Origin: an uncultured Candidatus Saccharibacteria bacterium
GTDB taxonomy: Bacteria > Patescibacteriota > Doudnabacteria > UBA920
Assembly (NCBI GenBank): GCA_964474825.1
Contig: CAYYWQ010000001.1
Coordinates: 1,130,184-1,194,183 of the forward strand
DNA length: 64,000 nucleotides
Reading direction: 5' to 3'
Both the position numbers and the translations under genes were made by a program. Every line of letters begins with the position of its first letter. Position 1 is the stretch's first letter. This document shows positions 9,286 through 20,770 of this stretch, piece after piece. The notes under the pieces are model-generated. The model was given only the letters and a program-made list of their open reading frames with translations. It did no database searches and was not told the DNA's origin.

Positions 9286-9852
9286 ATGTTTAAGAGACTG
9301 TTTGCGAAGTCGCGCATTCGGAAACTCGACCTGTCTGTGGTTTGCCGCAAGCTGGTTGAAAAGGGATGGACAGAAGAGCGAGCAAAGGCAGCGGAAGCCG
9401 AGTACAAGAAGTTTTTGTACCTCGTGGCTACCGACCGCCTAACCTCCGTGGTACCGTGGCACGACGATGTGGACGAAGTCTGGCATATGCATATGCTGGA
9501 CAGCAGAAAGTACGTGGAAGATTGTGACCACATTTTTGGTTACTATCTCCATCACAACCCACATTTGAATGTTGGCACGGCAAAGCAACGCAAAGCGTTC
9601 GCTGAGACCAAGCGAGAGTATTGGCGAAATGAACGAGATGGCTCGTTTAATAGCCTGTACGACGACGGTGGTTTTACCGGCCTAGGCCATGGTTTGTCCC
9701 CGCCATGGGACCCTCCCCATTCTTCTGGTCACGACTGTGGTGGCCATTCGGATGGTGGTCATTCCGACAGCGGATCCAGTTGTGGTAGTAGTTGCGGATC
9801 TTCGTGCGGAAGTAGTTGTGGCTCGGGATGCGGCAGTGGTTGCAGTTCGTAA
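9286..9852 (+). CDS. Glycine-rich-domain (GRDP/TIGR04222-like) protein with C-terminal (SSCG)n Cys-rich tail
   Basis: AEYKKFLYL..VPWHDDVDEVWHMHMLDSRKY..FGYYLHHNP motif; tail SSCGSSCGSSCGSSCGSGCGSGCSS; AAGGAGG SD. Confidence 0.8.
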   Translation: MFKRLFAKSRIRKLDLSVVCRKLVEKGWTEERAKAAEAEYKKFLYLVATDRLTSVVPWHDDVDEVWHMHMLDSRKYVEDCDHIFGYYLHHNPHLNVGTAKQRKAFAETKREYWRNERDGSFNSLYDDGGFTGLGHGLSPPWDPPHSSGHDCGGHSDGGHSDSGSSCGSSCGSSCGSSCGSGCGSGCSS

Positions 9853-9984
9853 GCAGTATGCGGAATTGTATTTTCCGCAACAGTGGTATTCCACTTCTTC
9901 GTTGAAAGAAGTGGGTTTTTGCTTTTTTATGAGCCTTATTTATAACTAGTATTTCTATTTTCGTGGTTCTCGTACCCTAGGCTC

Positions 9985-10013
9985 TTGCCACTTCTTGACA
10001 TAGGTGGTAGAAT
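9985..10013 (+). promoter_or_regulatory. Probable uvrA promoter
   Basis: TTGCCA-N17-TAGAAT with an extended -10 TG. Confidence 0.6.
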
Positions 10014-10146
10014 TGTTACTATGTTTGTCTAAAATTTCTACTAAATACGAAAGTAACTAAAAATACTAAATCTATTAATTTAGCACAGTGTATATTACTT
10101 GGTTTCGTACTTTTAGTTTAATTTAGTATTTAGTAGAGGAGCTTTT

Positions 10147-13005
10147 ATGAATGACAAGATCTCTATAAGAGGCGCGCGTCAGCACAATTTAAAGAATATA
10201 GACGTAGATTTGCCGCGCAATAAATTGGTAGTTTTAACAGGCTTGTCCGGGAGCGGCAAGTCTTCTTTGGCGTTCGACACAATTTACGCAGAAGGCCAGC
10301 GCCGCTATGTTGAAAGTCTTTCTGCATACGCGAGGCAGTTTATTGGGTTAATGGATAAACCCGATGTAGATAAAATAGAGGGTTTAAGTCCCGCGATCTC
10401 AATTGATCAAAAATCTGCCTCCCATAACCCGCGTTCTACTGTTGGAACAGTTACGGAAATTTACGATTACCTCCGTTTGCTTTACGCGCGCATTGGCATA
10501 CCGCATTGTCCAGTTTGCGGTAAAAAAATTGCCGGCCAAACTTCCCAGGCCATGGTGGAACAGCTCCTTTCTTTGAAAAAAGACAGCCGCTTAATTTTGT
10601 TGGCGCCGTTTATTAAAGACCAAAAAGGCGAGCATCGAGTAATTTTTGAACAAATTAAAAAAGCCGGGTTTGCCCGCGTGCGCGTAGACGGCGTTTTAAT
10701 GGATTTAAACGAAGCCCAGAATTTAAATTTGGACAAACAGAAAAAGCATACTATAGACGTGGTGGTTGACCGCTTAACAGTATCTGCCGAAGACAAATCC
10801 CGCATTGCTGAAAGTTTAGAAAAGGCTTTGGATTTGGGCGACGGACTTGCAACTGCGTTTCAAATAACTGTGGACGGTAAAACCGAAAAACACGGACCCG
10901 ACATTTTGCTTTCCCAAAAATTCGCCTGTCCGGACGGACATATGTCGCTTTCGGAATTGGACCCGCGCGACTTTAGTTTTAACAGCCCGCACGGCGCTTG
11001 TCCTGAATGTAAAGGTTTGGGCACCAAGCTTACTGTGGAAGCGGATTTGGTAATGCCTAACCAAAAGTTAACTTTGGCTGAAGGCGCCATTCGCCCGTGG
11101 AGCAAGACCACGTCACGCCTTTCTTGGTATAGCAGAATTTTAGAAGCTGTGGCTAAGGAATATGGTTTTTCCGTGCACACGCCCATTAAAGATTTACCCA
11201 AGAAATTTTTGGAAATAATTTTACACGGCACAGGAGACAAAAAAGTCCGCGTGCGTGGGGAGTTTGCCAGCCGCGAAGGCGAGTTTGAAATGAACACGGC
11301 TTTTGAAGGCGTAATAGAAAACTTACAACGTCGCTATCGTGAGACGGACAGCGAATACATGCGCAGCGAAATAGAAAACTATATGCGCGTGCGCCAGTGT
11401 CCAACCTGTAAGGGTCAGCGTTTAAAACCCGAAGTTTTGGCTGTGACCGTGGGTAGTAAGGGGATTGTAGAGGTCGTAAACATGACCATAGACACTGCCG
11501 AAGAGTTTTTTAAAAATTTAAACAAAGAACTTTCCCAAAAAGATCAGGCTATTGCCAAGCAAATTTTAAAAGAAATTAATGCCCGCCTGTTGTTTTTGTT
11601 AAATGTAGGACTGGCCTATCTTTCCCTTGACCGTACCGCCGACACTCTTTCTGGCGGGGAAGCCCAGCGTATTCGTTTGGCCACACAAATTGGCAGCGGC
11701 CTTACCGGGGTCCTCTATATATTAGACGAACCTTCCATTGGGCTGCATCAGCGCGACAATCGTCGTTTATTACAGACCCTAAAAGATCTGAGGGATTTGG
11801 GCAATACCGTTATTATAGTAGAGCACGACGAAGAAACCATTCGCGAAGCAGACTGGGTTGTAGACATTGGCCCGGGTGCGGGCAAGCATGGTGGGGAATT
11901 GGTGGCAGAAGGCACGCCGGCCCAGGTGCAAAAAAATCCTAAAAGCATAACCGGACAGTATTTGTCCGGCAAGGAATTTATAGAAGTCCCCAAAAGGCGC
12001 CGCGCAGGCAACGGGCGCAAGCTTTCTATTGTGGGCGCTGAGGAATTTAATTTAAAGGACGTAAATGTAGACATTCCGTTGGCTAAATTTGTTTGCGTAA
12101 CCGGCGTGTCCGGCAGCGGCAAATCCACTTTAATGAACGACATTCTAGCCCGTGCTTTGTATAAATATTTTTATAACAGCAAAGACGAGCCGGGTAAACA
12201 TAAGAAAATTTTGGGACTTGAACATTTGGACAAAATTATAAACATAGACCAAAGCCCAATTGGCCGCACTCCGCGCAGTAACCCTGCCACATATACCGGT
12301 TTGTTTACTCCTATTCGCGACCTGTACGCAGACACCAAAGAATCCCGTATGCGTGGTTACAAAGCCGGCCGCTTTAGTTTTAATGTTAAGGGCGGTCGCT
12401 GTGAAAAGTGTTTGGGCGACGGTGTCTTACGAGTAGAAATGAATTTTTTGCCAGACGTCTATATTACTTGCGAGGAATGCCATGGTAAACGCTATAACCA
12501 ACAGGCTTTGGAAATTCACTACAAAGACAAAACAATTGCAGACGTATTAGAAATGACAGTAGACGAAGCAAAAATATTTTTTGCCAACTTGCCAATGTTG
12601 CACCGAAAATTGCAAACTCTGTCAGAGGTCGGGCTTGGTTATATGCGTCTAGGCCAAAACGCCACCACAGTTTCCGGCGGTGAAGCCCAGCGTATTAAAT
12701 TAGCCACCGAACTTTCCCGCGCTTCCACAGGCCGTACACTCTATCTTTTGGACGAGCCAACCACTGGTCTTCACTTTGCGGACATTAAACGCTTGGTTCA
12801 CGTGTTAAATAAATTAGTGGAAAAAGGAAACACTGTAGTTGTAATTGAGCATAACTTGGACATGATCAAGACAGCGGACTGGATAATAGACCTAGGCCCC
12901 GAAGGCGGCAACAAGGGCGGTCAGTTAGTCGCAGCCGGCACACCGGAAGACATTGCCAAGGTTAAGACGTCTTATACCGGACAATATCTTAAAAAGATTT
13001 TGTAA
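10147..13005 (+). CDS. uvrA: Excinuclease ABC subunit A
   Basis: [23 protein letters not shown], two ABC cassettes (SGGEAQRI), zinc fingers. Confidence 0.98.
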   Translation: MNDKISIRGARQHNLKNIDVDLPRNKLVVLTGLSGSGKSSLAFDTIYAEGQRRYVESLSAYARQFIGLMDKPDVDKIEGLSPAISIDQKSASHNPRSTVGTVTEIYDYLRLLYARIGIPHCPVCGKKIAGQTSQAMVEQLLSLKKDSRLILLAPFIKDQKGEHRVIFEQIKKAGFARVRVDGVLMDLNEAQNLNLDKQKKHTIDVVVDRLTVSAEDKSRIAESLEKALDLGDGLATAFQITVDGKTEKHGPDILLSQKFACPDGHMSLSELDPRDFSFNSPHGACPECKGLGTKLTVEADLVMPNQKLTLAEGAIRPWSKTTSRLSWYSRILEAVAKEYGFSVHTPIKDLPKKFLEIILHGTGDKKVRVRGEFASREGEFEMNTAFEGVIENLQRRYRETDSEYMRSEIENYMRVRQCPTCKGQRLKPEVLAVTVGSKGIVEVVNMTIDTAEEFFKNLNKELSQKDQAIAKQILKEINARLLFLLNVGLAYLSLDRTADTLSGGEAQRIRLATQIGSGLTGVLYILDEPSIGLHQRDNRRLLQTLKDLRDLGNTVIIVEHDEETIREADWVVDIGPGAGKHGGELVAEGTPAQVQKNPKSITGQYLSGKEFIEVPKRRRAGNGRKLSIVGAEEFNLKDVNVDIPLAKFVCVTGVSGSGKSTLMNDILARALYKYFYNSKDEPGKHKKILGLEHLDKIINIDQSPIGRTPRSNPATYTGLFTPIRDLYADTKESRMRGYKAGRFSFNVKGGRCEKCLGDGVLRVEMNFLPDVYITCEECHGKRYNQQALEIHYKDKTIADVLEMTVDEAKIFFANLPMLHRKLQTLSEVGLGYMRLGQNATTVSGGEAQRIKLATELSRASTGRTLYLLDEPTTGLHFADIKRLVHVLNKLVEKGNTVVVIEHNLDMIKTADWIIDLGPEGGNKGGQLVAAGTPEDIAKVKTSYTGQYLKKIL

Positions 13006-13121
13006 GGCAGCCTGCCCCGTACCTAAGTCTACGAGTGATGCGGGGTATTTGAAGAAGGCCCTATAAGATAGTAACAACTTTTTCCTTATAGCGTTGTATT
13101 TAGTACGGGAGGAATAAATCC

Positions 13122-13229
13122 ATGAAGACTCACGAATACAACATTAAAATTTTTTCTGCGCAAGATACTAGGGAAAATTTAAAAAAAGAGCTTGAGCGTC
13201 GCAGTCAAGCAATAAATTATCCTTGGTAG
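13122..13229 (+). CDS. Small protein, 35 aa (MKTHEYNIKIFSAQDTRENLKKELERRSQAINYPW), absent from the ORF track
   Basis: GGGAGG SD upstream; terminator AAAAGGCCCACTTAAGTGGGCCTTTT right after the stop. Confidence 0.55.
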   Translation: MKTHEYNIKIFSAQDTRENLKKELERRSQAINYPW

Positions 13230-13444
13230 ATTAAAAGGCCCACTTAAGTGGGCCTTTTACCTTTTTTGCTTAAGATAAGGCTCCTATTTTGATCCCGCCA
13301 CGGCGGGATTTTTTAGTGTTATGTGTTTCCAACACTTCTTCATGAGAACAATAAATATAAATATAAAATGCTGTTAAATATTGACAACAATCGTATTGGG
13401 ATTATTTTTAATAAAATAATCCAAAGTTGGGCAAAAGCCACACG

Positions 13445-14671
13445 ATGACAGCTCAATTAAAAGAAAAAATCCAAACTGAAATAGGTAAGGCCGATAACCT
13501 TTCTATTATTAGTTTGGTTAATGACTTAGTAATTTATGCCCATAGCCTGCGGGCTTCAGATATTCATATGGACCCAACGGAAAAGTTTTTTAGAATCCGT
13601 ATGCGGGTAGACGGCGTTTTGCACGAGTCTTTTTTATTTCCAAAAAATATTTATTCGGAAATTATTTCCAGAATTAAAATTCTGTCCGGCCTGCGCATAG
13701 ACGAACACCAGGCCGCTCAAGACGGCAGGTTTAGGCTGCCTTTAGAAGAGGGGAAAGCCATAGACGTACGCGTTTCCGTAGTGCCAACTTTTTTTGGTGA
13801 GAACGCTGTATTGCGTCTGCTTTCTGACAAAGAAGAAAATTATACATTGGAGGCTTTAGGTTTTAGTAAAGCGAATGCTGAAAAAATTATGCATGCTGTG
13901 AAAAGGCCCTTTGGCATGATTCTCGCAACCGGTCCCACAGGCTCTGGCAAAACCACAACAATGTATACAATTTTAAAAATGCTTAACCGGCCGGAAATAT
14001 CGATTATTACAATTGAAGACCCAATTGAATACGCTGTAGCCGGCATTGAACAAATTCAGGTTAACTCTAGAAGCGGCTTAACTTTTGCCCAAGGCCTGCG
14101 CAGTATTTTGCGGCAAGACCCAAACGTAATTATGGTTGGTGAAATTCGTGACAGTGAAACTGCTGGTATTGCCGTAAATGTTTCTTTAACCGGTCATTTA
14201 TTACTTTCTACTTTGCACACCAATGACCCGGCTACAACTTTGCCAAGGCTGCTAGATATGGGAGTGGAATCTTATTTAGTTGCCTCTACTGTTAACCTCG
14301 CAATTGGCCAGCGCTTGGTGCGGCGGATTTGTGAGAAATGCCGAACTGTTAAAACACTTACAACTACAGCAGTAGAAAGTTTAGCAGGTGTGGTGCCGGC
14401 TGAAAGTTTAAAACAAGACGCGAGTTTTTATGTCGGCACTGGGTGCGAAAATTGCGGAGGCAGCGGCTACAAAGGCCGCGTTGGTGTGCATGAAGTTATG
14501 GTAATTAACGAACCACTACGCGAGGCAATTCTGCAAAAAGCCCCGGCTTCCCGACTACGTTCCATTGCCCTAGGGCAGGGAATGGTTTCTATGGCAGAAG
14601 ACGGTTTGTTTAAGGCAGGGAGTGGACTTACAACTATAGAAGAGATAGTAAGGGTAATAACAGAAGCATGA
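13445..14671 (+). CDS. GspE/PilB-family pilus assembly ATPase, short form without N-terminal domain
   Basis: ASDIH, QDGRF, GPTGSGKTTT, IEDPIE, LRQDPNVIMVGEIRD, tetra-Cys, GRVGVHE. Confidence 0.93.
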   Translation: MTAQLKEKIQTEIGKADNLSIISLVNDLVIYAHSLRASDIHMDPTEKFFRIRMRVDGVLHESFLFPKNIYSEIISRIKILSGLRIDEHQAAQDGRFRLPLEEGKAIDVRVSVVPTFFGENAVLRLLSDKEENYTLEALGFSKANAEKIMHAVKRPFGMILATGPTGSGKTTTMYTILKMLNRPEISIITIEDPIEYAVAGIEQIQVNSRSGLTFAQGLRSILRQDPNVIMVGEIRDSETAGIAVNVSLTGHLLLSTLHTNDPATTLPRLLDMGVESYLVASTVNLAIGQRLVRRICEKCRTVKTLTTTAVESLAGVVPAESLKQDASFYVGTGCENCGGSGYKGRVGVHEVMVINEPLREAILQKAPASRLRSIALGQGMVSMAEDGLFKAGSGLTTIEEIVRVITEA

Positions 14672-15726
14672 AATTATTTGCTTACAAACTTTCCACCAAA
14701 GAACAAACGTTATTTGCCAAGCGCTTAGCTTATTTAATGCGCGCCGGAGTTCCTATATTAGACAGTTTAAATTTACTTAAGGAACAAATTCAGGCTAAGG
14801 CCGGCAAGGAGCTTTTGAGAAAAATTGTGGCCGACGTTGCCAACGGCCAGTATTTGTCTACGGCACTTTCTAAGTTTAAGAATTCTTTTTCCGGATTTTT
14901 TATAAACATAATCCGCATTGGGGAGAGTAGCGGAATTTTAAGCGACAACTTGGAATATTTGGCTGAGGAGCTTAAGAAAAAAGATTTACTGCGCAGGAAA
15001 ATTTTAAGCGCCATGTTTTACCCCGTGTTTATTGTTGTGGCAACTCTAGGGTTAGTTACACTTTTAACCGTAATAGTTTTTCCAAAAGTTTTGCCAATTT
15101 TTACGAGTATTAACGTGCCTTTGCCGCTTTCTACCAGAATTTTAATTGTGGTAAGCAAAATTTTTATTAATTACGGTTGGTTGCTTTTGCTGAGCCTTGT
15201 AATTTTTATTATCACTTTTGTTATTTTGCTCCGAAGGCCCAGCTATAAATTTGCATTCCAAGTTTTTTTATTAAAACTTCCTTTAGCCGGCAGTATTGCA
15301 AAAAGCTACCAGCTGTCTAATTTTTGCAGAACCCTGGGACTACTGCTAAAAGGGGACAGCAGGCTTCAGGAAGCTGTGGCCATTACAGCCACGACTATGG
15401 AAAATTTGGTTTACCGGAGACAGTTGGAACTTTTAGCTGTTTCGGTTAGCCGCGGAGAAAAAATTTCTACAATGCTTTCTGGCAAAAAAGATTTATTCCC
15501 GGACCTTGTAACGCACATGGTTGCCGTGGGGGAGACTACTGGCAATTTAAGCGACACCTTTTTGTACCTTGCCCAAATTTACGAAGAAGACTTGGACGAC
15601 ATAACTAAAAACTTGTCTAGCCTGCTCGAGCCCGTACTTATGATTTTTATGGGACTAATGGTTGGCTTTGTGGCTATTTCCATAATTACTCCTATTTATT
15701 CTATTACTCAAAAACTACACCCTTAA
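14668..15726 (+). CDS. Type II secretion F / PilC-family platform protein
   Basis: GVPILDSL, IGESSG, AMFYP, VGETTG, LLEPVL. Confidence 0.92.
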   Translation: MKLFAYKLSTKEQTLFAKRLAYLMRAGVPILDSLNLLKEQIQAKAGKELLRKIVADVANGQYLSTALSKFKNSFSGFFINIIRIGESSGILSDNLEYLAEELKKKDLLRRKILSAMFYPVFIVVATLGLVTLLTVIVFPKVLPIFTSINVPLPLSTRILIVVSKIFINYGWLLLLSLVIFIITFVILLRRPSYKFAFQVFLLKLPLAGSIAKSYQLSNFCRTLGLLLKGDSRLQEAVAITATTMENLVYRRQLELLAVSVSRGEKISTMLSGKKDLFPDLVTHMVAVGETTGNLSDTFLYLAQIYEEDLDDITKNLSSLLEPVLMIFMGLMVGFVAISIITPIYSITQKLHP

Positions 15727-15727
15727 T

Positions 15728-16162
15728 ATGAAATCAGCCGGCTTTACTATAATAGAACTTTTAGTAGTTATGGGAATTTTAGGAATGTTGGCTTCCCTGG
15801 GGCTTTTGGTCTCCTTAGATTTTTACCGGTCTTACGCTTTTAATTCTGAACGAGACACAGTTATAGTGCTGTTGCAAAAAGCCCGTAGCCAAAGCTTGGC
15901 AAATATAAATCAGCTGCCTCATGGCGTGCATTTTGAACCATCTGGGTACACCTTATTTCAAGGTGCTGTTTATAAAGCCGGGGATGTTACTAATACAGTT
16001 TTTCCCGCAGACTCACACATTGCTAATACTGGAATTACAAATATTATTTTTGAGCAGCTCTCGGGTAATATCATCAGCGGTGTTGGAACTTTAACGCTGG
16101 ATGATAATTCCCACCGCCAAACACAAATTAGCATTAACTCTTTGGGCAGGGTGGAGTGGTAA
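15728..16162 (+). CDS. Type IV prepilin-like protein
   Basis: AG/FTIIELLVV class III signal. Confidence 0.9.
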   Translation: MKSAGFTIIELLVVMGILGMLASLGLLVSLDFYRSYAFNSERDTVIVLLQKARSQSLANINQLPHGVHFEPSGYTLFQGAVYKAGDVTNTVFPADSHIANTGITNIIFEQLSGNIISGVGTLTLDDNSHRQTQISINSLGRVEW

Positions 16163-16166
16163 TTTT

Positions 16167-16631
16167 ATGAGTAAAGGTTTTACTCTTTTAGAAACTTTAA
16201 TATATATTTTATTTTTTACTTTGCTAATTGGCGTTTTGCTGGGAATAACTTTCCAAGTTATTGCTTCCACAGACCAGGTAAATAAAAAAAGTATTGTTCA
16301 GCAAGAAGCGAATTTTGTTTTGCGTAAATTAAATTGGGTTTTAAGCGGGGCAGATAGTGTGACTAGTCCATCTCTTGCTGATGGAAGCGGTTCGGTTTTA
16401 ACAGTTGTAAACTCAGGCGCAGGCGTAACAGCGGCCACTTTTGATTTAAACGCCGGAGTTATAAGACTTGAGTTGCCACCAAACCCTCCCATGCCTTTAA
16501 CTACATCAAATATTACTGTTGCGAATTTAAATTTTACTCATTCACAAATTGTGGGACAACCGGAAAAAATTACAGCTTCTTTTCAAATAGGAGCAGAGCA
16601 GTTTAGTCTAACTAAATATTTGTATGACTAA
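16167..16631 (+). CDS. Type IV prepilin-like protein
   Basis: KG/FTLLETLIY class III signal; start moved to ATG 16167. Confidence 0.88.
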   Translation: MSKGFTLLETLIYILFFTLLIGVLLGITFQVIASTDQVNKKSIVQQEANFVLRKLNWVLSGADSVTSPSLADGSGSVLTVVNSGAGVTAATFDLNAGVIRLELPPNPPMPLTTSNITVANLNFTHSQIVGQPEKITASFQIGAEQFSLTKYLYD

Positions 16632-17028
16632 ATATCAGGCCGGCTATATTGCTTTAAGTTCTGTAATTATTATCTCCCTTTTACTTGTTACCATTACCGC
16701 AGCTTTGAGCTTGGTGAGTTATTATAGCCGCTTTAACATTTTGGAAAGCGAGTACAAACAGCGGTCAGTGGCTTTAGCACAAAGCTGTGTAGATTACGCT
16801 TTTAGTCAGCTTGTTGTTAACCCAAATTATTCCGGAAATGAATGTTTAAATTTTAGTTCAAATAACTGCAAGGTCGTCAGCGTTACTGCTGGCAGTTATC
16901 CTAAAACTATTCAGTCGCAGGCACAATATGAAAAAAGTTATACCAATCTTTCCATTGTTACAAACAGTAGTTTCCAAATTCAGTCCTGGCAGGAATTGCC
17001 GCAAATTATTACGGCCGCCTGCCCTTAA
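16624..17028 (+). CDS. Minor pilin, PilX/GspK-like (no Glu5)
   Basis: AG/YIALSSVII hydrophobic helix lacking E5. Confidence 0.75.
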   Translation: MTKYQAGYIALSSVIIISLLLVTITAALSLVSYYSRFNILESEYKQRSVALAQSCVDYAFSQLVVNPNYSGNECLNFSSNNCKVVSVTAGSYPKTIQSQAQYEKSYTNLSIVTNSSFQIQSWQELPQIITAACP

Positions 17029-17045
17029 ATTATTAATCATCAAAC

Positions 17046-17546
17046 ATGAAAAAATTTAAAAAGCAAAAAGGATTCACGTTAATTGAAATCCTTGTAGTCA
17101 TTGGCATTATTGCCATTTTGGCAGTTATTGTTTTAATAGCTATTAACCCGGCAAAACAATTTGCGCAGGCAAGAAATACCCAAAGAACCGCCAATGTGAA
17201 TACTATATTAAACGCAGTTGGCCAAAGGCTGGCCGACAACAAAGGCGTTTTTTCCGGCACCTTTACCCTAAACGCTACCAACTATACTTGCGGTACATTG
17301 CCAACTGCGGCCGCAAACATTACTACAGGCCAGCCCGCAACACCAGCTACTGTGAGCCCGGCACTTGGTTGTTTGGTGCCAACATATTTAGCATCTTTGC
17401 CGCTAGACCCAACAGCGGCTGGCGGGGCTGCTGACACTCTATACCAAATTTCCGTAGACGCAATCCAAAGAGTTACTGTTTGCGCCCCCTTAGCAGCAAA
17501 CGAAACCAGCATTCCTGGAGCTGCCGCGATTTGTGTAACACGCTAA
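17046..17546 (+). CDS. Type IV pilin, probable major subunit
   Basis: KG/FTLIEILVVIGIIAIL..ARNTQR..YLASLPLDP; followed by a terminator. Confidence 0.9.
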   Translation: MKKFKKQKGFTLIEILVVIGIIAILAVIVLIAINPAKQFAQARNTQRTANVNTILNAVGQRLADNKGVFSGTFTLNATNYTCGTLPTAAANITTGQPATPATVSPALGCLVPTYLASLPLDPTAAGGAADTLYQISVDAIQRVTVCAPLAANETSIPGAAAICVTR

Positions 17547-17667
17547 TTTTTTATTTAAAAACCTCCTGCAAAGGTGGGAGGTTTTTAAATTGAGCCTATT
17601 GCAAAATTTACTTCAATCTGTTATAAACTCATATAAGTTATGTTCGTGAAAATGGAGGATTAGCAGT

Positions 17668-18309
17668 ATGCAAGAGTTGTATGTTGCAACGCTTGGAGCC
17701 GTCTGGTTCGCGCACCGTGCGGGAAACCAGGTTGTTCTCGATAAGGTTACCGGAAAGGAGCGGAGTTTCGTTGGGGGTTGCCTTGGGCTAACCGACGACT
17801 TCGGAGCCGTAGTTTATCAAGACGCCATTCCCCGCGAGCTTCCGGAGAAAGTGTTCCGTCCGGACGAGCCAGGTTTTGGCGCAACCTGGAAAGGTAACAC
17901 AACGCCAATCGTCGGGTTGTTCTCGTCATTTCAGACGGCATCATCGTATGTTGATTCCAAAGCGTGGAATCTCAGCGTCCCGATGCCGGAAACCGAGACG
18001 ATCATCCAGGTGCTAACCGACCGGCACGAATGGGTGATCTTTGGCCACTCTGCGGCCAAAAGACTTTTCAAACCAGGAGTCATGATTCAGCGCGTTGGTC
18101 AGGTTAAGGATGTTGAGCCTGATCTGCCGAAAGTCGAAGTGAATAGTTCCGGTTGGACTGTGTGCCCCGATTGCAGTAAGTATCAATACTGGGGCGGCGT
18201 GGGAACCAAGAAAAACTGTGAAAGATGCGGCGTCCGGTATCAGGTCGCCCCGGCTACGGCCCCGTCGCGGTCTGGATCTATCGCAGCTTGGAGTCGCTCC
18301 AACTTTTGA
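17668..18309 (+). CDS. Hypothetical protein with C-terminal zinc ribbon (CPDC-x12-CERC)
   Basis: GGAGG SD; own TTGCAA-N17-TATAAA promoter; four Cys in two CxxC pairs. Confidence 0.7.
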   Translation: MQELYVATLGAVWFAHRAGNQVVLDKVTGKERSFVGGCLGLTDDFGAVVYQDAIPRELPEKVFRPDEPGFGATWKGNTTPIVGLFSSFQTASSYVDSKAWNLSVPMPETETIIQVLTDRHEWVIFGHSAAKRLFKPGVMIQRVGQVKDVEPDLPKVEVNSSGWTVCPDCSKYQYWGGVGTKKNCERCGVRYQVAPATAPSRSGSIAAWSRSNF

Positions 18310-18423
18310 AAACGTTTTACTCAGCCGGCCAAGGAGGTCTGGCGAAAAAGATGCAGAAACAACATCAACATGGAGCCGGCGATCACCCCACCGCCGGCTT
18401 CCACATTCAATTAACTTTCATGC

Positions 18424-18452
18424 TTGACACTATATTTTAAAAGGTTTATAAT
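18424..18452 (+). promoter_or_regulatory. rRNA promoter
   Basis: Perfect TTGACA-N17-TATAAT upstream of the 16S gene. Confidence 0.85.
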
Positions 18453-18759
18453 AGCTAAGGATTTAAGAGTATTAAATCTTCCGCCGTCGCTTAAAGCTAT
18501 GGCGAGACACAAGTAACACTTAAAAACGGCATAAACCACAGGTTCAATTTTGCTCTAGTGTAAGCCAAGTTTGGCTGATTGCTAGGGACCCCACAAGTCG
18601 GGGGATTAGAACACTATTCCTGAAATTTGGAATGTGTTTTTTGTTCGCTAAATTTGACCTCCTTCTCCACTTATTTTCCCCAGGTAATACACATCGTGAT
18701 CGCAGCAAAGCATCTTAAAGTAAGAGACTTTGCTCCGCTCAAGATACGAAAAGCGGAGA

Positions 18760-18789
18760 GTTCTTTAACAGCTGAATAGTGATTAGAAA
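18760..18789 (+). promoter_or_regulatory. boxA-like site and leader arm of the 16S processing helix
   Basis: GTTCTTTAACA; 18763-18789 pairs at 26 of 27 positions with 20630-20656. Confidence 0.8.
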
Positions 18790-19036
18790 ACATTAGTTAC
18801 CGCCCGGTAACTAGTGTGTACAAAACCATCGTGTCTTGATTGATTTAAACCCAATCGAGATGCAATGTTTGCGTCAATTCAATTTGAGTTCAATGATATT
18901 CTGTGAATAACAGAAAAATGTTTTGATAATTTACATTTTACAAAAATAAATTATCGCCAAGGTTTGTCTTTTAGACAGATCGAACCACTGGATTTAATTC
19001 TCCGAAATTTAATTTGGATTACGGGTTAAGTTTAGT

Positions 19037-20503
<1,467 letters not shown>

Positions 20504-20669
20504 AAGGAATAAAATATATGGCCTGGTAGAATTTCGATTTTACCTGTTGTCATACATTCCATAGGTCGTCGTTAATTTTTTCGAAAATTAGCGCTACTCT
20601 ATTACGAAGAGACGCAAACGGTTCTGTACTTTCTAATCACTATTTAGCCGTTAAAGGTTAAACTGCATG

Positions 20670-20699
20670 AAAAAAATCGCCCACAAGGCGATTTTTTGT
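20670..20699 (+). terminator. Terminator of the 16S transcription unit
   Basis: AAAAAATCGCC-CACAA-GGCGATTTTTT immediately after the trailer arm. Confidence 0.8.
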
Positions 20700-20770
20700 T
20701 TGGTAATTTACTCTTGATTTTTCAAGAGTTTTATGGTATTTTATAGAGTCCCGAAGGAGGGATAATACAA

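Noticed and set aside
18218-18440. Short ORFs after the zinc-ribbon gene
   Set aside because: They overlap the upstream gene, a GC hairpin (GGAGCCGGCG..CGCCGGCTTCC) and, at their ends, the rRNA promoter; SD spacing is poor
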